Shown: positions 50,215-61,712 of the stretch, piece by piece
Position numbering within the stretch: the stretch's first letter is position 1
Layout of the letters: each line of letters opens with the position of its first letter
From: Candidatus Latescibacterota bacterium
GTDB taxonomy: Bacteria; Latescibacterota; UBA2968; GCA-2709665
Reading direction: 5' to 3'
Assembly (NCBI GenBank): GCA_965237675.1
Contig: OZ250150.1
Coordinates: 96,001 to 160,000 of the forward strand
DNA: 64,000 bases
Position numbers and translations under genes: made by a program
The notes under the pieces: model-generated
Databases searched by the model: none
What the model was told of the DNA's origin: nothing
What the model saw: the letters and a program-made list of their open reading frames with translations, nothing else

Positions 50215-53130
50215 CTAGAATACAAAGATGTCTTCAAGACCGACCTCGGTTACGGTACCGTACTTCTCAAGCGCCGCGATGTCGATCTTGTTCTTGTCTC
50301 CTACGATGGAGATCAGTTTGACCCGGTTCTTCAGGTTCCGGCCGTAGAACGCCAACATGTCATCCATTTCGGCGACCTGGATTTTCTCGAATCGGGACTT
50401 CCGTGGATCGACAGGTATCCCCAGACGTTCCCAGGAACGCACGGAACCCAGAATCCGTCGAAAGCTGATTTTGTTGGTACGATATCTGTTGAGGATGGAG
50501 GCGCGGGCTTCTTCAAATCGCTCGGGAGAAACGGGAATGTTGTCCATAAGGTCTATGAATGCCGCGACGGCTTCCACGGTCTTGTCGGGCTGGCAGGCGA
50601 CGGAGCCAGCCATGCGATTCTGGTCCCCCATCCGATCGCCGTTGAAGTATCGCGCCCATGCGGAATAGGCGAGTGCCCGGGCTTCACGCAGTTCCTGGAA
50701 AACAATTCCGCTCATGCCGCCACCGAAGTAGTTGTTGTAGAGTTCCGTAGCGGGAACTGAAGCCTCGTCGTAATCTTTGTCGCCGAACTCAATGTAGACA
50801 AGGGCTTGAGCGAGCGATTTGTCAAAGAAGCGAATTTCGGTCTTTTCGGGAGTCTGCGCCTTGTAGAACCGATACGGCGGCGGGTCCTCAAGCGCGCCGG
50901 AGACCGAATGGTGTTTTTTCAAGGTCGTAAGAACCTGTTGAAGGGGCAGGGAACCGATATACGCGATCGTATGTTTGTATTTGAAGAGGCGCCGGACCAG
51001 CGCATGAAGTTCTTCTACGGTAAGTTCCCGCAACGCTTCGTTCGGCAGCATGCGCAGATAGCGGGACTCTTTGCCGTATCGGTTGAACAGAACAACACCG
51101 CCCTGAATGGTGCGGTGATTTTTTTTCGTGTCTTCACGCTCTGCAAGTATGATTTTGGCGAGTTCGTCAAGGGTAGCCTCGTTCGCCGTCGGGTTGTTGA
51201 CAAGTTCCTCCATCAGGCCAAGCGAAGCATCGAGGTTTTCATCGAGGCCGGAGATGGTAACGGTCGTTTCGTTGTTGCCCGCAGACAGGGAGAATTCAGT
51301 ACCGAGTTTGTACCACTCCTTCTTGAGGGCTTCGGAGGTGTGACGTTCAGTACCGGACTTGTCGAGCAACCGGGCGGCAATCCCCATCTTGTTGTTCTGG
51401 TTGTTGCCCAGTTCAACCGTGATGCTCAGCGAGAAAAGGTCGTTTATGGGGTTCCGGGAATAGTAGAGTCGGACGCCGTCGTGGTAGTCGACGATCTGAT
51501 AGTCTCTGGTCGAATCCACGAATGTCGGTTCAATTTCCTCGACGGGCATGGCCAGTACTTCTCCGGCGAAACCGGACTGGCGAGTGGCGTCGATGTCGAT
51601 CTTGTCGATTGCGGGTTTCTGAATCTTGGGAATTTCGTGCTGTTCATCGACGCGGTAGCCGGCAACGTAATTATTCGAGAAGTATTTCCGGGCGACCCGG
51701 ATCACGTCGTCCTTGGTGACCCGTTCCAGGCGGGCAATCTCACTGACGGTATGGTTCCAGTCGTGGGATGCAAGAAAGGAATTGCGAATCCGGCGCACCC
51801 GGGCGTTGTCCGACTCCATCTCCCTCTTGTTGTTCTTTTTGAAATCGGTGACGATGGCGGGCAGAATCCAGTCTTCAAACCGGCCGCTCTTGATGATTTC
51901 AATTTGATCGAGCAGCAGTTGTTCCAGTTCTTCCAGTGTCTGACCTTTCTTGGGAATGCCCCAGAGATACTGAGCGCCATGGTCGTTGTAAAGGGAGGGA
52001 TACGAACCGGCCTGTCGGACCTTTTGTTTCTGGTTGAGATTCAGGTTAATCAATCCGGCGGTGGCGTTGTCCAGAATCATATCCAGGAGTCGGAGCCCGT
52101 CCGCGTCCTGATGATTCCTGGATGCGGTCCTGAACGCCAGAAGGACGTATTCCTCGCCCTGGAACTTGACCTTCACCCGTTCGACGCCGCTCAGGGGAGG
52201 CTCCTTCCAATCGGGCAATTGAGGTAGAGACCCGGGCTGCCATGCCGAGAAATATTCGTCGATCAGCGCTATGGTTTCGTCGATCCGGATGTCGCCCGAA
52301 ATTGCGATCGCCAAATTGTTCGGGACGTAATAGGTATTGTAAAACGAGTACATGTTTTCAAGCGATGGGTTCTTCAGGTGTTCCACCTTTCCGATCGTGG
52401 TCTGCTGACCATAGGGATGTTTCTTGTAAAGCAGATCGGCAACGGCGTAACTGATTCCCCGGTCTTTGTTGTCCATAGACCGGTTTTTTTCCTCGTAGAC
52501 CGTCTCGAGTTCGGACTGAAATAGCCGGAAGACGGCGTTCTGAAAGCGTTCGGATTCGACCACGGCCCAGTGCCTCAGCCGGTTGGCGGGAAGATTGATC
52601 CTGTACACGGTCTCTTCATGCCAGGTATGTGCGTTAAGGCCCGTGCCGCCCATGGCCTTATACAGTTTGCTGATTTCGTTGGGAATGGCGTATTTCGCCG
52701 CAAGCTGAGACTCTTTGTTGATCTCGGCGTAGATGGCTTTCCGCTTTTCGGGATCGGTTTCGGCGAAATGTTCTTCGTAAAGCCGCGTAATACGCTGCAA
52801 ATGCGCTTTTTCCTTTTCGTAATCCATTGAGCCGATGTTTCTTGTGCCCTTGAACAGCATATGTTCCAGATAGTGCGCCAGGCCGGTGGATTCAGCGGGA
52901 TCGTGTTTGCTGCCCGCACGTACGATTATCTCCGCGTAAAAGCGCGGTGTCTGATGATTCTCGGTGAGATAGACAGTGAGGCCGTTGGCCAACCGGAAAA
53001 TATGTACCGCCAACGGATCGCCGGAACCCGGCTCGTGAATCCGGGTGTACCCTCCGTCTGCGCGAGAGGCAAAAATGCAAAGAACGGCGATGAGGACCAG
53101 AGCGCACGACGCGGATCGCAACTTATGCAT
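50215..53130 (-). CDS. M16 (insulinase) zinc peptidase, secreted
   Basis: LANGL, GLAHYLEHMLFKG (HxxEH), LNAHT, ELREARALAYS. Confidence 0.92.
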   Translation of the reverse strand: MHKLRSASCALVLIAVLCIFASRADGGYTRIHEPGSGDPLAVHIFRLANGLTVYLTENHQTPRFYAEIIVRAGSKHDPAESTGLAHYLEHMLFKGTRNIGSMDYEKEKAHLQRITRLYEEHFAETDPEKRKAIYAEINKESQLAAKYAIPNEISKLYKAMGGTGLNAHTWHEETVYRINLPANRLRHWAVVESERFQNAVFRLFQSELETVYEEKNRSMDNKDRGISYAVADLLYKKHPYGQQTTIGKVEHLKNPSLENMYSFYNTYYVPNNLAIAISGDIRIDETIALIDEYFSAWQPGSLPQLPDWKEPPLSGVERVKVKFQGEEYVLLAFRTASRNHQDADGLRLLDMILDNATAGLINLNLNQKQKVRQAGSYPSLYNDHGAQYLWGIPKKGQTLEELEQLLLDQIEIIKSGRFEDWILPAIVTDFKKNNKREMESDNARVRRIRNSFLASHDWNHTVSEIARLERVTKDDVIRVARKYFSNNYVAGYRVDEQHEIPKIQKPAIDKIDIDATRQSGFAGEVLAMPVEEIEPTFVDSTRDYQIVDYHDGVRLYYSRNPINDLFSLSITVELGNNQNNKMGIAARLLDKSGTERHTSEALKKEWYKLGTEFSLSAGNNETTVTISGLDENLDASLGLMEELVNNPTANEATLDELAKIILAEREDTKKNHRTIQGGVVLFNRYGKESRYLRMLPNEALRELTVEELHALVRRLFKYKHTIAYIGSLPLQQVLTTLKKHHSVSGALEDPPPYRFYKAQTPEKTEIRFFDKSLAQALVYIEFGDKDYDEASVPATELYNNYFGGGMSGIVFQELREARALAYSAWARYFNGDRMGDQNRMAGSVACQPDKTVEAVAAFIDLMDNIPVSPERFEEARASILNRYRTNKISFRRILGSVRSWERLGIPVDPRKSRFEKIQVAEMDDMLAFYGRNLKNRVKLISIVGDKNKIDIAALEKYGTVTEVGLEDIFVF

Positions 53131-53425
53131 GAGTGAATCTCCCTGTTTGGAATCGGATTGAACGGTTGGAAGCGGATGGAATTGACGATGGAAACACCGC
53201 GACCGGCGAAGTAGCAATATAACAAGACTGATGGGCAAATTCAATCCCCGGCGGCCTTTCCGGGTCGGATTCGTCCCCGGCCCCCGGCTGCGCCGACGAC
53301 GCGCGACGGGCTTTTCCTCCCTCAGGATAAAAGGACGGCCGACGTCTTGTCGGCCGTCCTGTGCAAATCCCAATGTAGATCCGGTGCGAAGAACCGTACC
53401 CGCCACGCGGACCCGCGGCCCGGTG

Positions 53426-54688
53426 CTACTGAAGCTCTCCTGCCTGCGCCACCACCTTTCGGAAAGCCTCCGCATGTTCTTTGATTATCTCCGGGCGATA
53501 GTGTTTAAACCATGGGATGGAATAGAGACGCTCCGACATCTGCTCCGTCTGCGGCAGGCTGCCCTGGCCCTGGCGAACGTCCGAATCGGAGTGCGCGACC
53601 CGTGTGGGTTCGCCGTGCCCGTACACGTCGGCCTCGTTCAAAACGGGATGCAGATGCATCAGCAGGTTGGCCCCCGCTCCGCAGGAAGTCCCTTCGGCCC
53701 GCACTGCCTCGCAGAACTTCCGCAGGGGCAGCCCGCCCAGTTCCTCAGGCACGTAAATTCCATGCGCGGCATACCACCCACCCATTGAACTGCCGGAGTT
53801 TTTCGGCGGTCTGTGCGGGCGCAGCCCGGGCGCACCTTCAAGCAGATCCCAGAAATAGTTCATTGACCGGTCGATCTCTTCCATGCGTTCTCGGTAATGC
53901 TTGAGTTGAACCCGTCCCACGGCCGACGAAAGCTGGTGCATCCTGTATTTGAATCCGCCCAGAGGCAAGCCGGCGAATTTCTTCAACTCGGGATTGTCGA
54001 TCTGTCCGGTTCGCTCGTAGTGACCGAATGCGACGGCGCGCTCATAGATCTCTTTGTCGTCGGTTATCAGCATTCCCGCCTCTCCGATGGCAAGCGACTT
54101 TCCCGCCATACACGACATGGCGCCCACATGGCCGATCCCGCCCGCCAATCGTCCCTTGTACAGCGCGCCGTGCGCGTGAGAGACATCTTCGATCACCTTG
54201 ATCCCGCGGGCGTTGGCAATATCCATAATTGCATCCATATCGGTGGGATGCCCGAAATAATGTACCGCCACGATCGCCTTGGTTCTGTCCGTAATTTTCC
54301 TTTCCACGTCTGCCGGATCCAGCGTGATCGTATCCGGATCGATATCCGCGTAGACAATGGTGGCGCCAAGATTCATCGCCTGCAAGACAGATGCCCAGAA
54401 CGTCATACTCTGGCAGATGATTTCATCTCCCACGCCCACGCCGCAGCCGAACATCGCCGAATGAATGGACGACGTACCCGTATTGTGCGCCAGCGCGTAC
54501 TTCGTGCCAAACCAGTCGGCATATTCCTTTTCAAACTTCACCGTTACGTCCGTGCCGGACATCGCCCCGCGGCGCAACACCTCCAGTGTGGCTTCCTCGT
54601 CCTCTTCCGTGATAATCGGCCAGGTGAACATATCTCCCGGATCGGTCTTCACCGCCCTGGATCCACCAAGAATTGCCAACTTGTCCAT
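53426..54688 (-). CDS. DegT/DnrJ/EryC1/StrS aminotransferase
   Basis: NTGTSS, GVGDE, VHYFG, IEDVSHAHGA, KSLAIGEAG. Confidence 0.9.
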   Translation of the reverse strand: MDKLAILGGSRAVKTDPGDMFTWPIITEEDEEATLEVLRRGAMSGTDVTVKFEKEYADWFGTKYALAHNTGTSSIHSAMFGCGVGVGDEIICQSMTFWASVLQAMNLGATIVYADIDPDTITLDPADVERKITDRTKAIVAVHYFGHPTDMDAIMDIANARGIKVIEDVSHAHGALYKGRLAGGIGHVGAMSCMAGKSLAIGEAGMLITDDKEIYERAVAFGHYERTGQIDNPELKKFAGLPLGGFKYRMHQLSSAVGRVQLKHYRERMEEIDRSMNYFWDLLEGAPGLRPHRPPKNSGSSMGGWYAAHGIYVPEELGGLPLRKFCEAVRAEGTSCGAGANLLMHLHPVLNEADVYGHGEPTRVAHSDSDVRQGQGSLPQTEQMSERLYSIPWFKHYRPEIIKEHAEAFRKVVAQAGELQ

Positions 54689-54906
54689 CGTCGAACCTCC
54701 TCAGGAGCGTTCCACCCCCACATTCAAGTTAACCGACGGGAAATCCCGTAAACCCATATACCGCAACACCCGATTTTATAGTAAAAAAAAAGCGATTCCG
54801 CAAGCGAAATATCCGGCAATCAACCTTTCGCGTTTCCCCTTGATTTTTCGGCGTGATTTCGGTAATTGAGACATCTCGGGTTCATTGAACTTCACGATCG
54901 GCTTCC

Positions 54907-55884
54907 ATGTCCATTCTCATTACCGGTATTACGGGCAGAATCGGCGCCAACCTGGCCAGGACTCTGTGTAATCACGGGCAAACCGTCCGCGGCCTCGTCT
55001 GGCCTCGAGACCCCCGCATCGACAAATTGAATGACATGAACGTGGAACTCGTCTACGGCAGCCTCACGAATCCCCGAGACGTGCAGGCGGCCGTAACGGG
55101 CGTCAGGGCGGTTTACCACCTCGGGGCGGCCTTTCAGGGTGGCGGCCCCTTTTCCGAAACCGACTATTTCGAAATCAACGTGCGCGGCACGTTCAACATG
55201 CTCGAAGCCGCCAGAGCACAGGACACACCGCCAAGGTTCATCTTCGCGGGCACCGACGCCATTTACGAAAAGTACGTCCCGGGGGGTTTGGCCGAACCCA
55301 TCCGCGAAGATCAGACTCCCCGGCATACGCGGGGATGGTACGCCCTCTCCAAATCTCTTGGCGAGGAACTCTGTACCGGATACTGGCTCACCTACGACCT
55401 GCCCGTCGTGGTCCTTCGCTTTTGCATGGTCTTTGGCGCGGGCGAGATTCTGGACTTCCCGCATTTCCATCTGAGCGGATTGAAAGGGCGTTCCGAATTC
55501 AAGGGTATGTGGCAGGGAACAGACTGCCTGGTGGTACTCAAAGACCAGGAGGGCAGACCCTATAAGAAACACATCGCCGACGTGCGGGACATCGTCCAGG
55601 GCTGCCAGCTGGCATTGTGCGCCGAGGGCGTTTCAGGCGAAATCATCCAGCTCGCCGGTCCCGCGCCATTCGCCTGGGATGAAGCCGTCCCGTATCTTTC
55701 GGAACGTCTGGGCGTCCCGTGTATCGAAGCTGTCCTGAAGGGCGACCCCACGTTCTATGAATTCAACCTGTCCAAGGCCCGGAGGCTGCTGTGTTTCAAA
55801 CCCAGGTACGATATCCGGCGGATGATCGATGACGCCCTCGCCTACCGACGCGGGGATGACATCGGCGTCCTGCCGACGGTTTAG
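54907..55884 (+). CDS. NAD-dependent epimerase/dehydratase
   Basis: ITGITGRIG, NVRGT, YALSK. Confidence 0.9.
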   Translation: MSILITGITGRIGANLARTLCNHGQTVRGLVWPRDPRIDKLNDMNVELVYGSLTNPRDVQAAVTGVRAVYHLGAAFQGGGPFSETDYFEINVRGTFNMLEAARAQDTPPRFIFAGTDAIYEKYVPGGLAEPIREDQTPRHTRGWYALSKSLGEELCTGYWLTYDLPVVVLRFCMVFGAGEILDFPHFHLSGLKGRSEFKGMWQGTDCLVVLKDQEGRPYKKHIADVRDIVQGCQLALCAEGVSGEIIQLAGPAPFAWDEAVPYLSERLGVPCIEAVLKGDPTFYEFNLSKARRLLCFKPRYDIRRMIDDALAYRRGDDIGVLPTV

Positions 55885-55973
55885 AGCCGCTCGGACCCAA
55901 TGACTGAAATCGAACCTGGTGTCCCCTCCCGGAAATGTGTCACCATTCTTCCACCTCGCGAAAAGGTGAAGTC

Positions 55974-56735
55974 ATGTTCTCAGACCGCTCATTCTGGCCT
56001 GAAGACCTCCAGGGCGCCGTAAGTCTCACTTTCGACGACGGCCTCGATACGCAATTGGACAATGCAATTCCCTGCCTGGACGACTGTGACCTGAAGGGGA
56101 CGTTCTACGTCAACCCGGGCCGGTCGGAAGCCTGGGAGTCGCAGGTTCCCCGCTGGCAACAGGCCAGTAAAAACGGCCATGAACTCGGCAATCACACCTC
56201 CATGCATCCCTGCTCCTGCAACTTCGGATTTCGTAACGATGGCTTCTGCCTGGAAAACCTGGGGCTGGATGACATTGAGCGGACCATCGACAAAGCCACT
56301 GAAGACCTGAACCACCTTTTTCCTGAACAACATGGGGACCGAACTTTCTGTTATCCCTGTTACCAGACGTACGTGGGGGCGGGTGAGAACCGGCAATCCT
56401 ATGTGCCACTCGTCGCTGGCCGCTTCAAGGCCGCCCGGGGCTGGGGCGAACGCGCCAACCATCCAAAACGGATCGACCTGGCCTACACCTGGTCGCTGCC
56501 CGTAGACCGTCACTCGGGGCGGGAGATGGTCGCGTACATCGAAACCGCCGTTAAAGATGGTCTCTGGGCGGTCATTTGCATGCACGGCATCGGAGGCCAG
56601 CATCTCTCCATTTCAACAGCGTCATTGAGGGAAGTCACTCGTTATCTGGATTGTAACCGAAACCGGATCTGGACCGCCACGATGATCGACGTTGCCAACT
56701 ACATAATCCGGCATCGTCGCGGACGGGACGGATAA
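55974..56735 (+). CDS. Polysaccharide deacetylase
   Basis: LTFDDG, GHELGNHT..H, FCYP, MH. Confidence 0.88.
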   Translation: MFSDRSFWPEDLQGAVSLTFDDGLDTQLDNAIPCLDDCDLKGTFYVNPGRSEAWESQVPRWQQASKNGHELGNHTSMHPCSCNFGFRNDGFCLENLGLDDIERTIDKATEDLNHLFPEQHGDRTFCYPCYQTYVGAGENRQSYVPLVAGRFKAARGWGERANHPKRIDLAYTWSLPVDRHSGREMVAYIETAVKDGLWAVICMHGIGGQHLSISTASLREVTRYLDCNRNRIWTATMIDVANYIIRHRRGRDG

Positions 56736-56795
56736 GGGGACCCTCCGCTTTGCGGACCCCCCTTTGCCGAAAGGCCCGAAACACGAGGATTCCGC

Positions 56796-57902
56796 ATGAT
56801 CGTACAGACACATCTCATCGGATGCCGCAAAGCCGACCTGGACACGCCGGCGCTCCTGGTGGACCTGCCCACGCTGGAACGCAATGTTCAGAAGATGGCA
56901 GATACCATTATCCACAATGCGGGCGTCCAGTGGCGTCCTCACACCAAGGGCATGAAGACCCCGGCGCTCGCTCACAGATTGCTGGACGCGGGGGCCATCG
57001 GGATTACCTGCGCCAAGCTCGGCGAGGCCGAAGTGATGGCCGCAGGCGGCGTCAAGGACATCCTCGTTGCGAACCAGATCGTGGGCACCCGTAAAATCGC
57101 CCGCCTGGTCAACCTTTGTAAACACGCCGACGTGATGGTCTGCGTGGACGACGAAAGCAACATCAGTCAACTCAACCTCGCAGCCGTGGAAAAAGGCGTC
57201 CGCGTCCGGGTGCTGGTTGAAGTCAACGTGGGCATGAATCGGGCGGGCGCCGAGCCGGGCGAACCCGTTCTATCACTGGCGCAGACCATCGCCGCCTGCC
57301 CGGGCTTGCGATTCTCGGGCCTGATGACGTGGGAAGCGCACACTCTGGCCATTAAAGACTCCGGCGAAAAACGGCGGGTCATAACGGAATCCCTGACGAA
57401 ACTCACAACCAGCGCGGACCTGTGCCGTCGCAACGGACTATGCGTCGACATTGTCAGTTGCGGCGGCACCGGCACGTACTGGATCAGCGCCTTTCATCCG
57501 GGGATCACCGAAATCGAAGCCGGCGGCGGCATCTTCGGCGATGTCCGGTATCGCACCGTTTTCGGTGTGGAGCACGAATACGCCCTCACGGTACTTTCCA
57601 CCGTAACCAGCCGCCCCACGCCCACCCGCATTATCTGTGACGCGGGGAAGAAAACCATGAGCAGCGACGCCGCCGTTCCAGAGCCGATCGGCATCCCCAA
57701 CGTCACATTCGTGGGCCTGTCCGCCGAACACGGCAAGATTGAACTGAACGCGCCCGCGGAGACCCCGCGAGTTGGCGAAACCATTGAATTCGTGGCGGGT
57801 TACTCCGACACGACGGTTGTCCTGCACGACGAACTCTACGGAATCCGCGACGGCGTCGTTGAAACCGTCTGGCCGCTTCCGGCTCGCGGTCGCCTGCAGT
57901 GA
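56796..57902 (+). CDS. DSD1/D-threonine aldolase-like PLP enzyme (alanine racemase fold)
   Basis: LDTPALLVD, RPHTK, GITCAKLGEAE, GGTGT, DAGKK, SAEHG. Confidence 0.9.
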   Translation: MIVQTHLIGCRKADLDTPALLVDLPTLERNVQKMADTIIHNAGVQWRPHTKGMKTPALAHRLLDAGAIGITCAKLGEAEVMAAGGVKDILVANQIVGTRKIARLVNLCKHADVMVCVDDESNISQLNLAAVEKGVRVRVLVEVNVGMNRAGAEPGEPVLSLAQTIAACPGLRFSGLMTWEAHTLAIKDSGEKRRVITESLTKLTTSADLCRRNGLCVDIVSCGGTGTYWISAFHPGITEIEAGGGIFGDVRYRTVFGVEHEYALTVLSTVTSRPTPTRIICDAGKKTMSSDAAVPEPIGIPNVTFVGLSAEHGKIELNAPAETPRVGETIEFVAGYSDTTVVLHDELYGIRDGVVETVWPLPARGRLQ

Positions 57903-58093
57903 CAATGACCCGCACCCGGGTATCGGCACCTGCATGCGCGACCGTCGTACCCATGCGCCGACTTCAGCGTGAAAACGCCGGTTCGTGCCGGCCGCAGAGC
58001 ACTTGAATTCGGAATTCACAACAGGCCGGACGCCGTCGATTCAATCCTCGCGACCCTTCGTCGATGATCCCTCGAAATTTGCCCAGTTTTGTA

Positions 58094-58122
58094 TTGACGA
58101 TTTCCGCATAAATCGTTATAAT
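58094..58122 (+). promoter_or_regulatory. Sigma70 promoter of the frd operon
   Basis: TTGACG-N17-TATAAT. Confidence 0.75.
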
Positions 58123-58178
58123 AGGTGCGTTTTTTGAAGGAACTGAAAGCGTTCCACCTGCGCCTACAGGGGTCTTAA

Positions 58179-59888
58179 ATGGACATACCGATTCACGACG
58201 TGCTTCTCGTAGGGGGCGGCGCGGCGGGCTTGCGTGCCGCCATCGCGGCGGCGGAAACCGATTCCAATCTGAACGTTGCCGTCGTCTCCAAAGTCTACCC
58301 CATGCGCAGCCACACCGTCTCCGCCGAGGGCGGCGCGGCAGCCGTCATGCGCGAATACGACAATCTGGATCTCCACTCTTTCGACACAATTAGAGGCAGC
58401 GATTACCTGGCCGACCAGGACGTCGTCGAAGCCTTTGTAAAGGAAGCACGGGACGAAGCCATACAACTGGAACACTGGGGCTGCCCCTGGAGCCGAGATG
58501 CGGACGGTCGCGTCAGCGTGCGCGCTTTTGGCGGCATGAGCGTAAAGCGCACTCTTTATGCGGCGGACAAAACCGGCTTCCACATGTTACACGCGCTGTT
58601 TCAGACCTCCCTGAAATACAACGCGGTTACCCGTTACGACGAGTGGTTTGTCACATCCCTTCTTGTAGACGACGGAAGGGTCTGCGGCGTAGCCGCCCTG
58701 AACATGCGCTCGGGCGCCATCCACGCCATTGGCGCGAAATCCGTTATCATCTGCACCGGAGGGGGCGGAAAGGTCTTTCCGTTTACCACCAATGCCTCCA
58801 TCAAAAACGGCGACGGTATGGCCCTGGCATACCGCATCGGGTGTCCATTGAAGGACATGGAGTTCGTGCAGTACCATCCCACCGGCCTTCCCGGTACGGG
58901 CATCCTGATGACGGAAGCCTCCCGAGGGGAAGGGGGATACCTGGTCAATAACAAGGGCGAACGCTACCTGAGCGAATACATACCCGGCAAAATGGAACTG
59001 GGCCCGCGCGATATCCTGTCCCGGGCTTTTGTTTATGAAACGCGAGCGGGCCGGGTCTTCGACGGACCCTACGGCAACTACGTCCATCTGGATCTGAGAC
59101 ACCTGGGTGAGAAAGTCATCGACGAAAAGCTGCCTTTTGTCCGGGAACTCACCAGGAACTACGTGGGGCTCGATCCGGTCCGGGACCCCATCCCCGTCCG
59201 CCCCGTCGTCCACTACATGATGGGTGGCGTCCATACCGATATCGACGGCGTAACGCCCATTCCGGGCCTTTACGCCGCCGGCGAAGCCGCCTGCGTCAGT
59301 CTCAACGGCGCCAATCGCCTGGGCTCCAATTCCCTAACGGAATGCCTGGTGTTCGGCGCACGCGCGGGCAAAGTCGCTGCGGATAACGCCAACGGACAGG
59401 AGGCCCCCAGGCCGGACACGCTCGAAAACCTCACCCGTGACGAGCGGCGGCGCATCGAACGGACGTACCTGCAGCCACGTAACGGCAAGGAACGCGTCGC
59501 GACCATTCGTACCGAAATGCAGCTGGCAATGGAACGCGGCGCCGGAATCTTCCGCGATGAAGAAACATTGAAAGAAACCTGCGAAGTCCTGGGGCAACTC
59601 CAGGAACGCTTCCGGAGCGTGGGCCTGGATGACACCTCCAGTGTGTTCAACACCGAACTCACAGCGGCCCTGGAACTGGGTTTCATGCTGGATGCGGCCG
59701 AAGTGCTTGCCCACGCCGCCCTGCAACGAAGGGAATCCAGGGGCTCCCACTCCCGCTCGGACCATGAAACCCGCGACGATGAGAGATTTCTCACACACTC
59801 GCTGACCTACAAGACGGAAGATGGCCCGCGCACCGACTACCTCCCCGTGACGATCACCCGCTGGCAGCCCGAAGAACGCAAATATTGA
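58179..59888 (+). CDS. frdA: Fumarate reductase/succinate dehydrogenase flavoprotein
   Basis: [43 protein letters not shown]. Confidence 0.93.
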   Translation: MDIPIHDVLLVGGGAAGLRAAIAAAETDSNLNVAVVSKVYPMRSHTVSAEGGAAAVMREYDNLDLHSFDTIRGSDYLADQDVVEAFVKEARDEAIQLEHWGCPWSRDADGRVSVRAFGGMSVKRTLYAADKTGFHMLHALFQTSLKYNAVTRYDEWFVTSLLVDDGRVCGVAALNMRSGAIHAIGAKSVIICTGGGGKVFPFTTNASIKNGDGMALAYRIGCPLKDMEFVQYHPTGLPGTGILMTEASRGEGGYLVNNKGERYLSEYIPGKMELGPRDILSRAFVYETRAGRVFDGPYGNYVHLDLRHLGEKVIDEKLPFVRELTRNYVGLDPVRDPIPVRPVVHYMMGGVHTDIDGVTPIPGLYAAGEAACVSLNGANRLGSNSLTECLVFGARAGKVAADNANGQEAPRPDTLENLTRDERRRIERTYLQPRNGKERVATIRTEMQLAMERGAGIFRDEETLKETCEVLGQLQERFRSVGLDDTSSVFNTELTAALELGFMLDAAEVLAHAALQRRESRGSHSRSDHETRDDERFLTHSLTYKTEDGPRTDYLPVTITRWQPEERKY

Positions 59889-59951
59889 AACCTGGATTCA
59901 AAAGCGTGAGATCCGACGCCTCGATTTCGAATCCTCCGCAAGGGGAACTTC

Positions 59952-60701
59952 ATGAGTAAAGGCCAGAAGATCACCATAACCGTAACCCGCTACCGTCCCG
60001 AACATGAAGACGAGCCTGTCGAACAGTCTTACGAAATCGACTTTCAAGAAGACTGGGTGGTACTGGATGCGCTCAATCATATAAAGGATTATATTGACGG
60101 ATCGCTCTCGTTCCGCTGGTCCTGCCGGATGGGCGTCTGCGGAAGCTGCGGCATGACGGTTAACGGTGAACCCAAGCTCTCGTGCGCCGCCTTCTTGCGC
60201 GACTATTACCCCGGTGAAGTCCGCGTGGAACCGCTGCACAACTTCCCCATCGTCCGAGACCTCATAATCGACATGACCGATTTCATGGAAAAACTCCAGG
60301 CGGTGCAGCCCTGGATCATCCGGGACGAAGAAAAGCCCGTATCGGAAGGGGAATACCTGCAGACGCCCGAGGAACTGAAGGAATACAAGCAGTTCAGCAT
60401 GTGCATCAACTGCATGCTCTGTTATGCCGCGTGTCCCATATACGGCCTCGAAACCCAATTCATCGGCCCTGCCGCCATTGCCCTCGGGCATCGGTACAAC
60501 CTGGATTCCCGCGACGAGGGCCGGGAACAGCGTCAACATGTGATTGCGAGCAGCGAAGGCATCTGGGAGTGCACTTATATTGGAGAGTGCTCCGTGGTCT
60601 GTCCCAAAGACGTGGACCCCGCCGCTGCCATCCAACGGAACAAGGTGGCCACAACCGGCGGCTGGTTCAAATCCGTACTCCTGCCCTGGGGGAAGAAGTA
60701 A
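59952..60701 (+). CDS. frdB: Fumarate reductase iron-sulfur subunit
   Basis: [23 protein letters not shown]...GEC..VCPK. Confidence 0.93.
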   Translation: MSKGQKITITVTRYRPEHEDEPVEQSYEIDFQEDWVVLDALNHIKDYIDGSLSFRWSCRMGVCGSCGMTVNGEPKLSCAAFLRDYYPGEVRVEPLHNFPIVRDLIIDMTDFMEKLQAVQPWIIRDEEKPVSEGEYLQTPEELKEYKQFSMCINCMLCYAACPIYGLETQFIGPAAIALGHRYNLDSRDEGREQRQHVIASSEGIWECTYIGECSVVCPKDVDPAAAIQRNKVATTGGWFKSVLLPWGKK

Positions 60702-60702
60702 G

Positions 60703-61119
60703 ATGATGCGCGAACCCGAAACCGAACACAAGGCCTATGTGCGTCCCGTACCGATCACCTGGTGGTTGCATAACCGCCGGTACTTCCTGTTCATGATCAG
60801 GGAATCAACCAGTGTGTTCATCGCCCTGTTTGTTCTGCTATACCTGTACCAGCTTTTCCTGATCTCAAAAGGCGCGGAAGTTCACGATTTGTTTCAGGAA
60901 TCTCTCCGCTCCGTACCATTTGTCGTGTTTTATGCCATCGTCCTGCTTTTTGCGCTTTACCACAGCATCACATGGCTGGGTCTGGTGTCCAAAATCCAGA
61001 TCGTTCGGGTTGGGCGCCTGACGGTACCACCCTTTCTCGTGGGACTGGGCGCCTATCTTTCATGGATTGTCGCGTCGACCGTCATCGCCTGCCTGTTTCT
61101 GACCTTAACAGTCCGTTGA
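60703..61119 (+). CDS. frdC: Fumarate reductase subunit C
   Basis: YVRP...TWW.....FMIRE, HSITW; three hydrophobic segments. Confidence 0.88.
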   Translation: MMREPETEHKAYVRPVPITWWLHNRRYFLFMIRESTSVFIALFVLLYLYQLFLISKGAEVHDLFQESLRSVPFVVFYAIVLLFALYHSITWLGLVSKIQIVRVGRLTVPPFLVGLGAYLSWIVASTVIACLFLTLTVR

Positions 61120-61268
61120 TAAAGTCGCTCTGCAGGCGAGGCTGAGCCATTGTGGCCGAAGACAAGGCGCGCGACCGAGTCGACTCGGGGGATTCGGCGA
61201 GGGAGCGCAACGCAGTATTTCGACCGCAAGGGCCGGCCGTAGCCCGGATGGACTTTTGCAACGGGCTG
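61109..61268. mobile_element. MITE-like element in the 3' end of frdC
   Basis: Terminal IRs CAGTCCGTTGATAAAGTC / GACTTTTGCAACGGGCTG; TA(A) on both flanks. Confidence 0.65.
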
Positions 61269-61286
61269 ATAAAGTAGGGAGAATCC

Positions 61287-61643
61287 GTGTACAAGGAAGA
61301 TAAAACCGAACCCTTCTGGTGGGGCATGTTCTCGCTGGGCGGCGTGATTGCAGCGCTGCTGATACCCGTCCACATCTTTTTCGTCGGGCTGGCCGTACCG
61401 CTCGGCCTGATTGACAAGAGCCTGCTCGAATATGGCCGGATGAAATCCCTGCTTGCGAATCCCCTGGTCAAAGTCTACGTCTTTGCACTGGTCGTCCTTC
61501 CGCTTTTTCACGCGGCACACCGCATTCGTTTCTCGCTCCACGAAATGGGCATCCGGAAATTGTTGCTCTCGCTGGATACCCTCTGCTATGGCGGTGCCCT
61601 CCTGGGTACGGCGGTTGCGTTGTACATTTTGTGGGTCATTTGA
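61287..61643 (+). CDS. frdD: Fumarate reductase subunit D
   Basis: EPFWWGMFSLGG, PLFHAAHRI. Confidence 0.88.
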   Translation: MYKEDKTEPFWWGMFSLGGVIAALLIPVHIFFVGLAVPLGLIDKSLLEYGRMKSLLANPLVKVYVFALVVLPLFHAAHRIRFSLHEMGIRKLLLSLDTLCYGGALLGTAVALYILWVI

Positions 61644-61712
61644 TGTCCCGACCGAAGACAACCTGATGTCCCTGGCCGGGGAAGCAGTACATAGCGAATA
61701 TCGAGATCGCCT

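Noticed and set aside
53130-53475. N-terminal extension of the M16 ORF (1086 aa)
   Set aside because: Overlaps the DegT gene end; the ATG at 53130 has a GGGAG RBS and a signal peptide
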